Positions 36,660 through 50,574 of a stretch of DNA of 64,000 nt are shown here, in pieces; position 1 is the stretch's first letter; each line of letters starts with the position of its first letter. Source of the DNA: Haliotis cracherodii (lineage: Eukaryota); the NCBI RefSeq assembly GCF_022045235.1, contig NW_027266265.1:248001-312000 (forward strand), given 5' to 3'. The translations under genes and the position numbers were made by a program. Below the pieces are notes generated by a model. It was not told where the DNA came from and did not search any database. It worked only from the letters and a program-made list of their open reading frames with translations.

Positions 36660-37770
36660 TATATTTTTTTCTCACAGTGGAGTACAATGGGCATACGAGT
36701 ATAAAGTGATGTCCATCCTATGAGGAAAAGAATTGGTAAATACACTTTCAGATTGCATAAAATGATCATATCAAACATTTCCAAAACCACTAGTGAATAA
36801 CATTTTTTTCACATAAGTTACCCAATTAGTTTTCCATTCGTATGGTATAACATCATCATATTGTAACATTTGTTAAGGTATCTCGATGAATTTATTTTAA
36901 GGAGTTTCAGCCAGTACTTTATTGACTTTCAGCTGTGAATATATGAATAGAGGAAATCTACCACATTCTAGCATAAACCATTGCGCTAGATGTGCTGGGT
37001 TTTACACCGAGAATCTTTTACATGCAATCAGGTGGACCTTTTCGATATCATTAAATTGTATTAATCCCCATATTTCGGCACCTTAAAGTTAAATTGGGTT
37101 AATTTTAACATCAAAGATCTTAAAGAATGACTTGTAACCTATATCACCAAGGATATGTATATTCTTTAATATACCAAATAAAACCGTTTTGGCTAGAACT
37201 GATGCTTCTCTTACATGAACAGACCAATTTAGACTGTTTCTGAAATAAACACCCAAATATCTATAGTGTGTAGTCAGAGTCAAACTTTCACCTTTAAAGG
37301 ACCATTTTTCATTTTGGCAAGTTTGCAACCATTTTTGAATACAGTAATTTTGATTTTGACTCAATTAACAGTGAGTTTCCATTTATCACAGTAATTTTCT
37401 AAGACATCAATTTGCTTTTGCAAGTCACCAGTTGTGCTTGAGAACATGATAATATCCTCTGCAAATGATAATAGAAAGAGTTGAACAACAACTGGATGTA
37501 ACTGAATGCCGTTTGTACAATTGTTATGGATTTCCGATACTAATTCATTTATGAAAAAGGAAAATATAAACGGACTCAATATACATCCTTGGCGGATGCC
37601 AAATTTGCATTCAAACATATCAGACATCAAACCCTGGTCCCGTGCACCCCTTTTAACATTTTCCTATATACTACATAATAACATCAATATTATGGAACTA
37701 AGTCCACGTGCAGTAAATGATCTCCATAGTTTACACCAGTGTGTAGAATCAAATGCTTAAGAGAAGTCAA
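36660..37770 (-). pseudogene. RTE-X-like LINE RT fragment
   Basis: GIRQGCILSPFIFSFFINEL, LSFAEDII, YRYLGVYF. Confidence 0.8.
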
Positions 37771-37775
37771 CAAAT

Positions 37776-37905
37776 AATCCAATTGCGTAGATCGATGCTC
37801 ATGATGTCCATCACTGGATTGTCTGGTCCAGACTCATGTATATACAGGCCTCAGTCAAATAGCTGGAATATTGCTGAGTGCGGCGTTAATCAACAAACAA
37901 ACAAA
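37776..37905 (+). mobile_element. Family X SINE-like 3' half
   Basis: CCAATTGCGTAGATCGATGCTC..GCTGAGTGCGGCGTTAA(CAAA)n. Confidence 0.85.
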
Positions 37906-38199
37906 GAAACCAAGAAACCAAGGCATGGTAAAGTCGGTACTTGTCCTATACCTGCCGGAAGTCAGTATAATGTCCATGCTTGCATGCGTGCGTGCTTGCG
38001 TGCGCGAGTGCGTGTGGTGTGTGTGTGTGTGTGTGTACTTAAGGTATATAGTACTCAAGTGAGTAGGTAAGTAATTCGTGTCACAGGACATGATATAATA
38101 GCCCTATATCAATCTATATCGTGGCAGTCTGTACGTTACTCTGTACACGCCAGCCCAGAGGTCAACAGTGTGAGTGTCGCCGCAAACCGAGGCCACGAG

Positions 38200-38500
38200 A
38201 ACACAGTATAAGGTACTTGCGGAAACCATGCAGGAAGGAATACGACTTACCTTGGACTGAGGAATTATTTAAAATTGCACCACGGACACGAACGCAGGGC
38301 ATATCTGTCTACACAGTGAATGATTTCCACGATCAGGTTTTTACGATCAAGAGCTTTGAAAAAGTAAACAAAACTTTAGACCACGTATGGAATATTGAAA
38401 AAGGTGTTGAAGAGATAGAGAGAAAATGCAAAGAGTATTCCTGGGTGCGACTGTGTGGACATCCAGTTGGTGGAAGAAAGTTAAATTCAAAACATTCAGT
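38200..38500 (+). pseudogene. Polinton/Maverick-like integrase C-terminus with chromodomain remnant
   Basis: RKEYDLPWTEELFKI..VYTVNDF..IEKG..WVRLCGHP resembles the K.Y.P.WTEE.F.I and VKW.GYP motifs. Confidence 0.5.
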
Positions 38501-40429
38501 GAACATTGCTTGGCATTATGGAAGACAGCTCAGATTCAAAATTCTATAGTAAAAACACACCCAGGTTGTCACATCGTCTACAATCAAAGGTGTGTGGATG
38601 GTGTCCTTGGCTGAACTAAGGTTTGTTGACCATGTTAATAACCCTTCTGTAGACAGACCTGTTGTGCAGTCTGTGAGGCAGTGGATGCATTACGTGTCGA
38701 CTTTAGAGACGGACCCAATTTCCAGTTTGAGTGAACTGGGATTGTATTGCGAATGTAAAACCGAGCCATCAGTTACCTCAACACCTGATACAATTTACAA
38801 TCATTGCTATGTATCTCATTGTATGTCTATATTTACAAAATTAGAAGATTTTAAATAATCATTGTATTCAATGAACTGTTCGCATAAAATCCTAGATTGT
38901 TTTTGTTTTGTTTTGAAAGAAACATATTCTTGCTCTGCGTCCTAAGGGAAAGACCATGTCGAGATATGTGTTAAGACATAATGATTTTCTAAGGCATTAT
39001 CAATGACAGACCTGAGGTTTTGGAAGATATTATAGGGTGAACATGGAGCTGATGCAAGTAATGGTAGCTACTGTGAGACGGTTACTGGAGAACAAGTTAG
39101 CCGTGACTAGCTTGTACGTTCGAGTACAACCGACCCCAGACGCAAACGGTTGTTACTTCGACATATGCCACTCATAACTACCAAACCATCTCAATGCTGT
39201 AATAGATGAGGCGTCAGACGTGCAGGGATTCTTGCTGGTGAGGCGGCCTCGGAAAAAAAACCATGTGTATGGCCCAATGTATTCAGTTTGATTTGAATTG
39301 ATCAGGGAAAGTGTAAATCTAAATTTGTAGGGAGAAAAGCCAAGTTGAGGATGGACGAGGTGGGCACCGTGCATAAATGGAGATAACTCCCGTTGTGTTA
39401 GAATAGAGCTGCTCTCTGCTGGACCTTTAGCAGACAAGTATATAGACAATGCTGAAGGATATAAAATCAGCAGACAACGAGCACAATAGGACTGCCATGG
39501 TGGTTTTTGCCCGATGATATGGATAGTGCCCGCCCAAACCACGCTATCAGCCAGGCCAGGTCACGTTTAGAATATCCTGATTTCACTGAAGTGTTAGATC
39601 AGTGTGATCTTATTGGTATACAAGAAACTAAATCTGACGAATACGATGATATCCAGATAGACGGGTTTAAACTATATATCCAACATAGGCAGAATTGTGT
39701 ACGGCGTTCAGGAGGAATATGACTTGGATATAGTTGATGTATTAGTTGATCTCAATGTACCATACATCCGATGTACAAAATATGAGACTATTATCAGTAT
39801 TTATGCCTATAAAATGTTATGTTTATTTGTCTGTAATGGACGCATTGGAAATGATAAATCGCAAGGTGGGCCATTTTGAAATTGATGAATTTTCACCATA
39901 ATATTCAGATTACATTGTCCTGGTAATAACACGCTAGGTGGACCTCAAAATCCTATATACTACTACTAAATTCCGGTATTTCTTCTAACTAGGGCGGAAC
40001 GGCAAGGGCGCCCCATGTGTTGCTATTAACAAATCAGTGTCAGACACTGGGTACGCATGAGCAAATGCAGCATGTTCCACGCCCGGCAGAAGGGGAAACC
40101 CTAAACAAAGTTGCGACAATAGACGGTTGTTTGGTCCTGAATGTAAACTAATGCGAAAATGTTATACAAAAGTTAGAAAACGATTGGAAAGGAAATGAAA
40201 GTGTAATAAATATATTACACTATAGAAATTGCGCGAAAACATAGAACAAATGTTTTAATATTTTTTTACAAAACATGAGAATGCAGTTAGTGTGAAACAT
40301 TTTGAGACTATAGACATAGGCAGCTACTAATATGATAACCTAAATGCTGAAATCACGATACAAGAAGTTAGACAGACAGTGAAATCAGTGACACGTAATG
40401 AAGCAAGAGGTCTCGATTACATAGAAAAC

Positions 40430-40685
40430 GACCCGTGAAGATCCGGGCTAGAATAGGTCTACAGCAACCCATGCTTGAGGTAAAAGGCGACTATGCTTGT
40501 CGTAAAAGGCGACGAACGGGATCGGGTGGCCAGGCTCGCTGACTTGGTTGATGCATGTCTTTGGTCCTAATTGCGTGGATCGATGCTCGTGATGTCAATC
40601 ACTGGATTGTCTGGTCCAGACTCGATTATGTACATACTGCCTTCATATAGCTGGAATATTAGCGTTAAACAACAAACAAACAACG
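40430..40685 (+). mobile_element. Family X SINE-like copy inserted in the RTE-X RT region
   Basis: Full consensus match. AACGAC is duplicated at 40427-40432 and 40682-40687, and removing the copy restores GLDYIENDY. Confidence 0.9.
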
Positions 40686-40871
40686 ACTACAGTATTCATT
40701 CCTTTGATCTATTCGGATTACTTTATGTTGACCTGTTTAGTTTAATACTTTCAACTTGTTCACTCCCAGAAGAATGGCTTATAGGAATTATTAGACCCAT
40801 TTATCAGAAAAAGGTGATCCTTTGGAAACAAACTCCTATCGCCCAATCACTATTTTGAACTGCCTCGAAAA

Positions 40872-41870
40872 TTGGGGATGGTAAATATCCTGTATTAGTA
40901 ATAAACATTATATTAAACGAGCTTTGGTGAGCATAATACACAGTGTTTATACCTAATACAGAATATGTACCATCCCCAAACACACAAGCGAGATAATCTC
41001 TTTATCATATAATGTCATTCTTCAATTCCGTGCTCGAAAAATCTCTTCCCATCTCTCAAAAAAAATTATCTAATCGTTGCAAGTTTTCCTGGAATGTGCG
41101 CATTAATACATACTACGTACGAAGGTTAGTAGTGTGTCAGTCGGACAGTGGCAATAGTCAATATAGTTCCTATTGGAACCTGTTTCTTATACAGTGGCGT
41201 AACTACATATTGTCAAATAACATGTGCCAACACAAAGTGTTTCTACTTGCCATTCGCGGCAATCCATCTGTGTGTCCGATAGAGTAACTGCTCTTTATCA
41301 AAGGGAAGCGGCTCTAACCCTAGTATGTGAGATGTCACGTTTGTTTAGAGTCTGCCTGTTTTGTCATAACGTTACGAAAGTGCAGTCAGATTACACACAA
41401 ACGAAACAAGGTAACAATTCGGACATATTTCGGCCGAATCCAAAAGTTTTCATTTGGGGAAAAGGTTCCAAGCCGCAGAGGCCTACAAGCACGGATAAGA
41501 AAACTTATCCCGCTAGGCTAGTGTCCTCGCTAAATTGCTTCGCAATTTATATCTCCAAAGTTGCCAAACCTTGTAAAATGCCTTAGCTACGTGACGATTA
41601 GACACTGATTAACAGTATATTAGACTATTCTTTTGATAATAAAAGCAATTATCCCAGTAGTTTCTCCAGATTCACGATTGTTAATTATGACTCGATCACA
41701 GAAACAGTGACTTGAAGTCCCTACTTGACCTTGGATATTTGCATCTTTATCAGCATATGACCCCAACGGATATCGTTTTTATCCGTTGGTTTTATCCTGC
41801 CGAGAAACCTACCCATTATATGATCTTTACTAGTACATGTATTATAAATAAAAGAGTAAACTACTTCTTA
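40872..41870. mobile_element. ~1-kb non-coding insertion starting with a 36-bp-arm hairpin (Crypton-like non-autonomous element?)
   Basis: Arms 40872-40907 and 40944-40979 differ at 4 of 36 positions. The insert interrupts the RTE-X RT between LNCLE and ..RTTDNIF. Confidence 0.5.
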
Positions 41871-42542
41871 TAGGTAAATATTATTACCAGTCCAAGAAAG
41901 GGTCCGTAAGCATTTCCGAACAACTGATAACATCTTTGTTTGTCATGCTTTGTTTTTCAATTACTTAAAAACAATAAGAAAAAACTTTACCGTGCTTTTA
42001 TTGATTTTACTACATCATTTGATAACGTGTGGACAACAGGCACAAACACAGCGGTGTTACGGGCAATTTCTTCAGACTGATACAGAATATGTATAACAAT
42101 ATTAGGTCATGTGTACTTTGTAATAATAAAGTTACAGTATTTTCCCCCGAGAAATTCGGGAGTAAGACAAGCGGAAAACTTGTCCCAGTCCTATTTTAAG
42201 TCATTCTTTCTGAATGATCTGGGATGTACTTTGATAGAAAAGGGATGCAAGGGAGGTGATCTGAAATGTTTTATTGAAGATTGTTGGATATTATATATGC
42301 AGATTTTACTTCTTTTATATGCAGATGATACCCTTATGTTTGGAGAAAAACCTGAAATGGTTAGATTTCGTCCATGATTAGTGTGCAGAATGGAAGCTGT
42401 AGATGTCAATATCGTTAAGACAAAAAAAAATTTGTTTGGGAAAGTCAAAATAAATAAATAAAGCTGGAATTAGTATATCTTGCTATACAATTTCATTAGA
42501 ATAGAACTTTTGTACATGCGATCAAGACCTTGGCAGAGAATG

Positions 42543-42823
42543 GAGTGAGTGAGTAAGTTTGGTTTAACACCACTTTTAACTTTATTCGAGTTATTTCATG
42601 GCGTGTCAGCTTAATGTGAGAGGAAAGCTCGAAGTGATGCAGGCCTCAGACGTTTACCATTTCGTTGAAACCCACGAGCACGGGTATGGTGCTGACAAAC
42701 CTAGAAACATGATCAGGCCGAACAGGGATTCGAACCCACAAACATAGTTTTCTTGAGTGCCCCAGGGATGCCACTCTGCGCAGCGAATCGCGGCTCCTTA
42801 GACAACTGGGCCACCCGTGTACC
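42543..42823 (-). mobile_element. tRNA(Leu/Ser-like)-derived SINE
   Basis: Minus strand has GGTGGCCCAGTTGTCTAAGG A-box, GGGTTCGAATCCC B-box and a (CACT)n tail. Confidence 0.75.
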
Positions 42824-43759
42824 TGCGGAGAATTGAAGAAGAGCTTCATTTTGTTCACTTAAAAAAACTCAAAACATAAATCTCCTTCTTTTGAGAACAT
42901 ATGTTGTGATCATTACACCAATACCATGATATGGTTCTGAGGTCTGGGGATTTGGGTACGCTGATGTGAGTGAAAACTCTCTGTTAAAGTTTCTCCAAAT
43001 TGCTGCTGGTCTGAGATCCTCCACCCCACACAGCATGGTACATGGTGGACTCGGAAAGATACCTTTGATTATTTAAATACAAAAGAGAAAGATAAAATAC
43101 TGTAAAAGATTACATTGAAATTGTCAAAACTATTATGTAACTTTTAAAGGGCCGATCATAACACAAGTTCAAATAGATACCCATGGTTAAACTACGTACA
43201 GGAATTGCTTAATAACTGTGGTCTGGCTGAAGTATTTAATCCACCACATTGCTTTAATAGCCATTGGATTGCGTTTACTGTCGAATGAGTTTTAAAGAAT
43301 AAGTTTTATCAAAATTAGAGAAGCAATATATAAACTAGTTAAAAAAGACAGCATAACCAATATTTAAAAGACTTAACTTCACGCAGTAGATACTTACTCT
43401 AACCCCAGTCTATAGCATACCCAATATCTGACCACAAATTATAGCCTCCCTATTGAGACAGGACAGAACGTACATTATGTAATTCCCAAGCAATAGCAGA
43501 CGAATGTCATTTTATTTTTCGGTGCCAAGCTCTCAAAGAATACAGAAAACTATACATCCCAAATAAAAACTTAATTAGACCTGATATGATATGTTTTCAA
43601 CGCCTCTTCGATTCACTAAACTAACTAAAAAAAACTTAGCCAATTTAAAAAATATTGGGGTTTTAAAAAAACCCATGTCCATCTTAATGACACTTGTGCT
43701 TCATTTGCTTCGTGTTCCCTTGTACCAAGTGGCGGTTGTATGGAGAAATTGAAGTTTGA

Positions 43760-44950
43760 AGCCACTAGTGCCCCCCCTTGTAAGGACATACAAGGCTTGT
43801 TTTGCTTGTGCAATGTTTTGTCCTTTATAGCACCATTTTTCCGAAGAGCGGAGTCGACCACCTTTACGAAATACCATTATTTTTGTCTTACTCAGAATCA
43901 TTCTCATGCCAGTACTAACACAGATATCTTAAAGTACATTAATTTTCATTGTAATTGAATGGCAGTGTCAGATACTCCTCCTACATCATCTGCACATAAA
44001 AGAGCTGCAACACGGGTTGTCGGAGGAGACAAAGAAAACATTTCCACCATTTATATCCAACATATTAACTGGCTGATCTATAACAATGATAAATATAAGT
44101 GGGCCTAATGTGCAAGCCTGACTGGTAAAATGATCTGTTAATCCATTGCCTGTTCCAACACAAGAGGATAGATTAGCGTACATTGGTACAACAAAATTTA
44201 GACATTTCCCCCTGATACCCATGTTCATGAAACTCTGGAATATAACTTCATGATTGACAAGAACAAATGCTTTTTTAAATCGATAAATTTACAAAACAAT
44301 TCTCCCTTTTTAGTAAAATATTTTTGTATCATAGCCTGTAAGCAGAAAATCTGGTCAGCGGTTGAATAACTTGGCCTAAAACCGGCTTGCATTTCAGATA
44401 ACGTGTTATTTCTAAAATGAGTCAAAAATGGATATTCTTCAATATTTATCTAGCTCTTGAGTATTTCCTGCCTTGTGGACAGTGGACAATTAATACTGTT
44501 TCCCCACTGTAAACACTGTAAACACAGTAAACACAGTTGTTTTAGAGTTGGGGCTATATAGTTACTGTTGCTTGCAGTAATTCACCTGGAAGACTGTCAT
44601 GTCCAGGGGTCATACTTTTAACGCTTTTAAACAAGAATATATTTCGTCTTCTGTTTGTGTTCTGTTTAGATCATTTACGTTGCTAAAATGCTCTGTCGAA
44701 TAAAGATCCAAATTAATGTCAATCATAGTTGAATAATCAAATACAGTGTCACTGACATACAGAAGATTTTTAAAATCTTTACACCATTATCAACTGATAT
44801 ATTCATGGTGATTGTACGACTGCTTCATCCTCTTTTAAGTATTTTTCCAAAAGACACCTTTGATCTCTTCTTGAATTTATTAACACAGTTCTTTGTCGCT
44901 CAAAAAAAACTTCCTTTTTCCTGAATAATAGATTCTTAAAATCATTGCAT
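43760..44950 (-). pseudogene. RTE-X-like LINE RT fragment
   Basis: SEMQAGFRPSYSTADQIFCLQAMIQKY and SKTKIMVFRKGGRL. Confidence 0.8.
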
Positions 44951-45027
44951 TATGACAGTTTGATTTCTCTGTGATTGGCCGAAATTGTGTTTTGTCTTCA
45001 TGTCATTAGCACAAGCTGGTTATAATA

Positions 45028-46521
45028 TACTCAACAACAAAAGTTCATTTGACACCAATATTTTAGTGTATTTTTCAAACAAGTAAACTTTGGTTTTCAA
45101 TATTGAAGCACATGTATGGAATCAAGTCAGAAAAAAGCAACTGATACAGAAAAACATGCATTCCATGCAAAAGTTGACTTTTATGCAAGCCCTATGCATT
45201 TCACTACCCAAGAATGGGTATAAAAACATGCGCGTTAACGGGATTCCATATGCATTGTTTAGCATCGTGCTGACAACAACCTCTCAGAAAAAACACAAAA
45301 TTAAGCAATTATTCAACATTACAAAATGCCACGCCAGTCCGAAAATGAGCATCTGCGAGCCATTAGTATGCTTGAAGCAAGATCGAGTCAACGTGATTTT
45401 ACAAGACAATTTAACGTCCACAGAAACACCATTTGGTGTCTATGGCAACGTTGGCAACAGACGAATGAGAGACCACCCTCGGAGTGGCAGGCCACATGTA
45501 ACCAATAATCGACAAGACAACTGGATTCGAAAAACACACCTACGAAATCGATTCCAGCCAGCCACAGTGACCGCAAGAAGCATCCCTGGCCTTCGACGAA
45601 TATCTTCACATACCGTAAGTCGTCCCCTCAGATGCGCAGGGATCCGCCAGACGTCCCTTTTTCTACAGGAAACCACCATCAAGCACGTCTACAGTGGTGC
45701 AGACAGCGTCTACGCTGGACGGCCATGCAGTGGGGACAAGTTCTATTCTCTATTCTAGTCTCGTTTTCACCTCAGGCACAGCGATGGACAGATTCGAATG
45801 TACCGACGTCGAGGTGAACGTTACGTCAATCATTGTGTCATGGAGGAAAATCGGTTAGGGGGCGACAGCGTTATGGTATGGGGTGGGATTACAGCAAGAC
45901 AGAGGACCCGTTTGATAGTGGTAGCGGGAAATCTCAATGGACAGTGCTACCGCGACGAGATCATCAGCCCTGTTGTTCTACCGTTTTTGCGTCGTCATGG
46001 CCCAGGCATTACCTTTCAACATGACAACGCTCGGCCTCATATTGCTCGACTTGTACAGGATTCTTCAACAAAACAACGTGAATGTCATCCCCTGGCTGGT
46101 TCGCTCCCCTGATCTCTCACCAATCGAGCACATCTGGGATGAGATGGATCGTCGCCTTCGACGTTAACCACGTGTTCCACAGACACTGCAGGAACTTCGA
46201 AACATGCTCCAGCAGATATGGACAGATACCCCACAGGACTTTGTGAGACGCCTGGTCCATTCCATGAGACGAAGCTGTGGTGCTTGCATCGCAACCAGAG
46301 GTGGACACACACGCTATTGGTTTGTAAATTGACATTTTGGCATATTCATGTTTTTATTTATGAAAAGACGCATTTTCTTAAGTCAGTATGGCAAATTTAA
46401 CCATTTGAACACTTACAGGAGTCATTTATCTGTTGCAAACCGAAATTGTTTCCGATTTGGTAAAAAACATAACTTTGAATTAAATCTTATTCAATTTCAC
46501 AGGAACGTTTGTTGTTCAGTA
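45028..46521 (+). mobile_element. Tc1/mariner transposon with imperfect TIRs; transposase pseudogene at 45326..46320
   Basis: Left end TA|TACTCAACAACAAAAGTTC; right end reads TACTGAACAACAAACGTTC in reverse complement. Motifs MPRQSE, SVMVWGGI, FQHDNARPH, SPDLSPIEHIWD, HTRY. Confidence 0.9.
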
Positions 46522-46759
46522 AACACGTTTTCGTCAAAAGTTGCAAATATTTAATCATTTGTCACAATAAATATATCCGAGAATTTTGTGAATTTTGTCT
46601 GTTCCATATATGCTTTGTCAAGGGGTATACATTCTTATACTTATATAAATACTTATATCCTCAGTAGTAGTATTTTGGAGCACTGATTGAGTTGAACAAA
46701 GGCGACATCATTTTTCCAATTAAATGCACAAACAAGTGGAAAATGGCTAGAATCATCCC

Positions 46760-46980
46760 TTTGAAGAATCCCCGGCCACGTCATACCAATAGATGGTACT
46801 TGTTGTTACCCTGTCTGGCGTTCAGCATTAATGGGCTAAAACAAGGACTGGTCGGCTCGGAGTCAGTATACTTTGTCTGAGTGGGGTATTCGTGTTAAAC
46901 TGCGGCATGGTTTCTCACTGGGCTAGCACTATAAATCGGCATAAGTCCAGACTAGTACAATGCATGTCGAAATATGACCT
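46760..46980 (+). mobile_element. V-domain SINE (RUDI-like) fragment
   Basis: GTCATACCA..ATGGTACTTGTTG..CTGGCGTTCAGCATTAA..GGACTGGTCGGCTCGGAGTCAGTATA resembles the V-SINE core. Confidence 0.6.
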
Positions 46981-46984
46981 CATC

Positions 46985-48760
46985 TCATTTTCAATCTGTT
47001 CCATGTGAATACTACTATTAACATAATCAGTAAACTCTGAGTCAAAATTGATATCATGATTTGGCATTGACAAATCCTTGAAATATTTAGCAAACAGATT
47101 ACAAATTCCGTCTTGTGTATTACAGGACTCGTCATTATACACAAGCGTCTGGGTTTGTTCCTTCTTTCTTTTATATCTCTTGGTCACCCTTAAGCACTCT
47201 GTTATATCAACCTCAGCTGTTTCATATATTTCATGATACTTTTGGACTTTCGGCTTTTGTTTGAAATGACGATGTTGCTTTCTAAAGATACATTTTGCTG
47301 ATTTATACTCAGTGTAATTTGCATCCTCTTTATCATGGGATTTACCACGAGAGATCCATTGATAACGACGTTGTTGCATTGTACGATGCAACGTATTTCA
47401 ATTATCATTTTCCAGTGTGGTTTTAAATGAGTCTGGGATTATGAAGATGGTATACTTGTTTAGCTGCAGTATGAAACGATTGTAGGACATCGTCGTGATA
47501 ATGTTCAATGTATTCATTGGGAGATGCGTACTCGTCAAACTGAGCACATCTAAAATAGTTTTCAGTTTCATATCGGTTTCACTACGTCATTCATCGCCAT
47601 AGCAGCGTGGCTGGGAATCAGTACCCAGACATAAGGATATTGGACAGAGATCAGATACTGGGTACTGAACGTCAGTATCTAATGTATAACCAACAGCGTT
47701 ACTAACATGTTGGCGATTAATGAACTCATAAAGTATCATACTTCTTATAGTTTTACATTTGCTTGTGGAGGTAAAAATAGTATGATCATCAAAGGGTAGG
47801 ACAGACATTAGATTCCGTTCAGTTAGCACTCTTTGCAGATATTTTGCTCTGCGTTTCAACGTAATTCCATGACGCAGAGTTGCATTGAAATCAACTTGTA
47901 AAAATGTCGCAGCTCATAAGTTTTGAGAGAATTTCATCTAAGCAATTCATTGCCCCACGCACATTCCACATAATCATGCAAATGATTGCCATTAAAACAA
48001 GTATATTTGTCACAAGTCTACAGTTGTTCATCTTAATTATTTATGTTCAACCTTTTCATCATTGTACCACACATTATTCGGTAGCCATTAACGACAATTA
48101 ACATTTTCGGTCCAGAAGCAGTCATCACCCATGATGGTATCCGCACATTGCCGTGGGACAGTTATTCGAATGGTGAAGGTAGGATTGCGTCGACCTTCCC
48201 AGTGTTTCATGAGTCTCACATTTGTGATAGTTTGATCACTATTCATACGTAGTCACATATAGCATCTTTAACAACGTCAAATGGTTCGTCAGCTCTAACA
48301 TAGCTCAGGACGAGGTTTTTTTTCTATTACTTTAGACACCGGTGAAAGACTTTTCCCACTGATTGTTGAATGTAACATTTCTTGACTTCTGTACATTGAT
48401 TGCTGGTTCATTTTGTTTTTGTCTGTCAACGTCGACGACATGCGTGACAATAACGGCTCGGGAGTAGCGTCGTCAGAGCTTGGGTCTTTACCGCCTGCAT
48501 TGTCATGACCCTAAGGTCTGAGCCTATATCCGTCTTCATGGACTTTTCATTTTAACGATGTGTCTGAATCAGAAGTGCATACCTTTTCACTTCATCTCTC
48601 TTTTCATCATATGCGCTGATTAGCTGAAACATATCTCTGGCATATTTGTCATGAAATTAATCCAGTTGTCTGCGCACACTGTCAAACTTCTTAATGACAT
48701 CTTCATGCAAGAATATTAGTTTCGCTAATTCACCTGACAATATGTCTTTGTCATTTTCAA
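46985..48760 (-). pseudogene. Non-LTR retrotransposon 5' half relic (ORF1 end, endonuclease, tether)
   Basis: FWTENVNCR*W ORF1 terminal motif (~48090-48120) and WISRGK..YKSAKCIFRKQHR. Confidence 0.55.
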
Positions 48761-49949
48761 GAGTAGTAGATTTCATACGTCACCTGCGTACTTCGCATAT
48801 GGAAAAAGAAAATATAATGTCTTACACACAAAACTGAGATACATGTGCAGTCAATTGAATTATGATTTATATAGAATTGGTATAAAAGATCACCAGAACT
48901 GTACATGTTCAAATACATGTGAAAATGCATGCTATAATCTCATGTAATGTACATTGTTTAGTCATCAGCGAGAAATTATGTTTAACAGCCTTAAAAATAT
49001 TGTTCATAACATACCTGTTGATGTACACCTTCTGTTTTTCCGAAATGCAGATCACGTTGTTACAGAAAATGAAGCTATATTTAAGGCAGTACAACATTAT
49101 ATATGTACAATGCATCTCTCCCCTTCAAACTCTATATTCACATTCCGAATGACACTTTCATGATCTGGTAAGCGACGCTCTGATTGGTCGGATGAAAGGT
49201 CTTTCTGACGCGACCCCTAATGGGATGTCCTCAGATCTTCGATTAGCGGTAGCGAGAACTAAGATCTTATTTTAATGAGATTGGTATGCATATATGTTGA
49301 ATTTGAAATTGTGAAATTTTGTAAATACCAGGTAGAGGGCAATCTCAGTTGAAAGAACTTGTTCCCCAATCCCGTTCACTTCTTGTGAATTAAATCAGAT
49401 TACATACAAGCCTGCCTTGGTCTAGTTAAAATATCAGTCTCAATCACATGAGCTGGAATAGCACCTTTAACAAACTTATAATGCAGATACAGATCAGATA
49501 CATACTTTTCTGCCATACTTTTAGTTTGACCATTAGTTTGACCATTTCTATTGACTCTTTATCCAGATGCCCTCTGGAAAGTCTCCACACTCTGCCTTAG
49601 CTACATCATAGATAGATTCTCGGATGCGATTGAGCCCATTATCATCATTGTCATAGATGTCAACCAATTTCTGCTCAAGTCTTTCTAATATTTTCGCCAA
49701 TAATCTCTTCAAGTAGTTTCAAGATATTGTAGTCCAGTTCACCTGGCAGTTGTGTTGAGTATGCTTGAATGGAAGTTCTTTGACTTATTGTCACTATACA
49801 GGTGAAAGGAAGGATTGTTTTACCTTATAATGAGATGACCTGTGGTCAACAACAAATAAGTCTAAATATCTCGGGGCAGTACATCCACGAATCTCCAGAA
49901 ATTCAAAATTATTGTCGTCCATTGTCACACAGCGTTGTAGTATGCATCA

Positions 49950-50560
49950 TACTGTTTCGTCGAAGTCGCAATTGTAAGTTCGGATCAGTGGGGTTGAAGA
50001 AATAATAATAGGTGGAATAAAGATAAACCACCATACACACCACACCGTAAATGATGGGGGTTAAATTTACTTACAATAATATATATACCTGATAGGGGTA
50101 GCGTATAAAGAACACAATAGGAAGAAGTAAATATAAACCGTCTTAAAAAAGTTTAAACTAAAATAAATGGCGGCTACCATAATGTTAAGGTGTTAATGTT
50201 AAGTTAAATAATTGTACAGCATAGTGGGCTAAGATAATGAAACAGGTAAGCTGTTTAGTAATATGGGGGCCTACTAAAGAATGAAAAATTGGAATTAAGG
50301 AAACGTTGGGCTTGGGGTGGGGTCGAGAAGATGGGGTAAGGCGGTTGTTAGTGGCTGTGAGCGAATTGTCTTGTTATTAATGACCTTGACATTTGCGGCG
50401 GCGCTGGGTTATTGAAGTTCTGCTTTAGTAGCATGGATATGAGCGATTTGGCGCGCGGACGTCGTAGAAGACAATCCGCGCTGGAAATTTAAATCTGGAT
50501 CCTAAATGAGAAAATGTTGTTATTTGGGAAACGGTTGTAGGCGGCGTTTGTTTGGGATGG
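49950..50560 (-). mobile_element. I/Nimb-like LINE 3' UTR fragment
   Basis: Reverse complement GGATCCAGATTTAAATT..AAATCGCTCATATCCATGC is similar to 15560-15610. Confidence 0.45.
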
Positions 50561-50574
50561 TCTTTTCTGCATTC

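Larger units (their letters stand above)
39000..43630 (+). mobile_element. Long RTE-X-like LINE relic (ORF1 remnant, APE, RT, C-terminus), multiply interrupted
   Basis: CDLIGIQETK..RRSGGI, VCNGRIGND, LPEEWLIGIIRPIY, GVRQAENLS, LLLYADDT, YGSEVWG, ADECHFIF. Confidence 0.75.
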
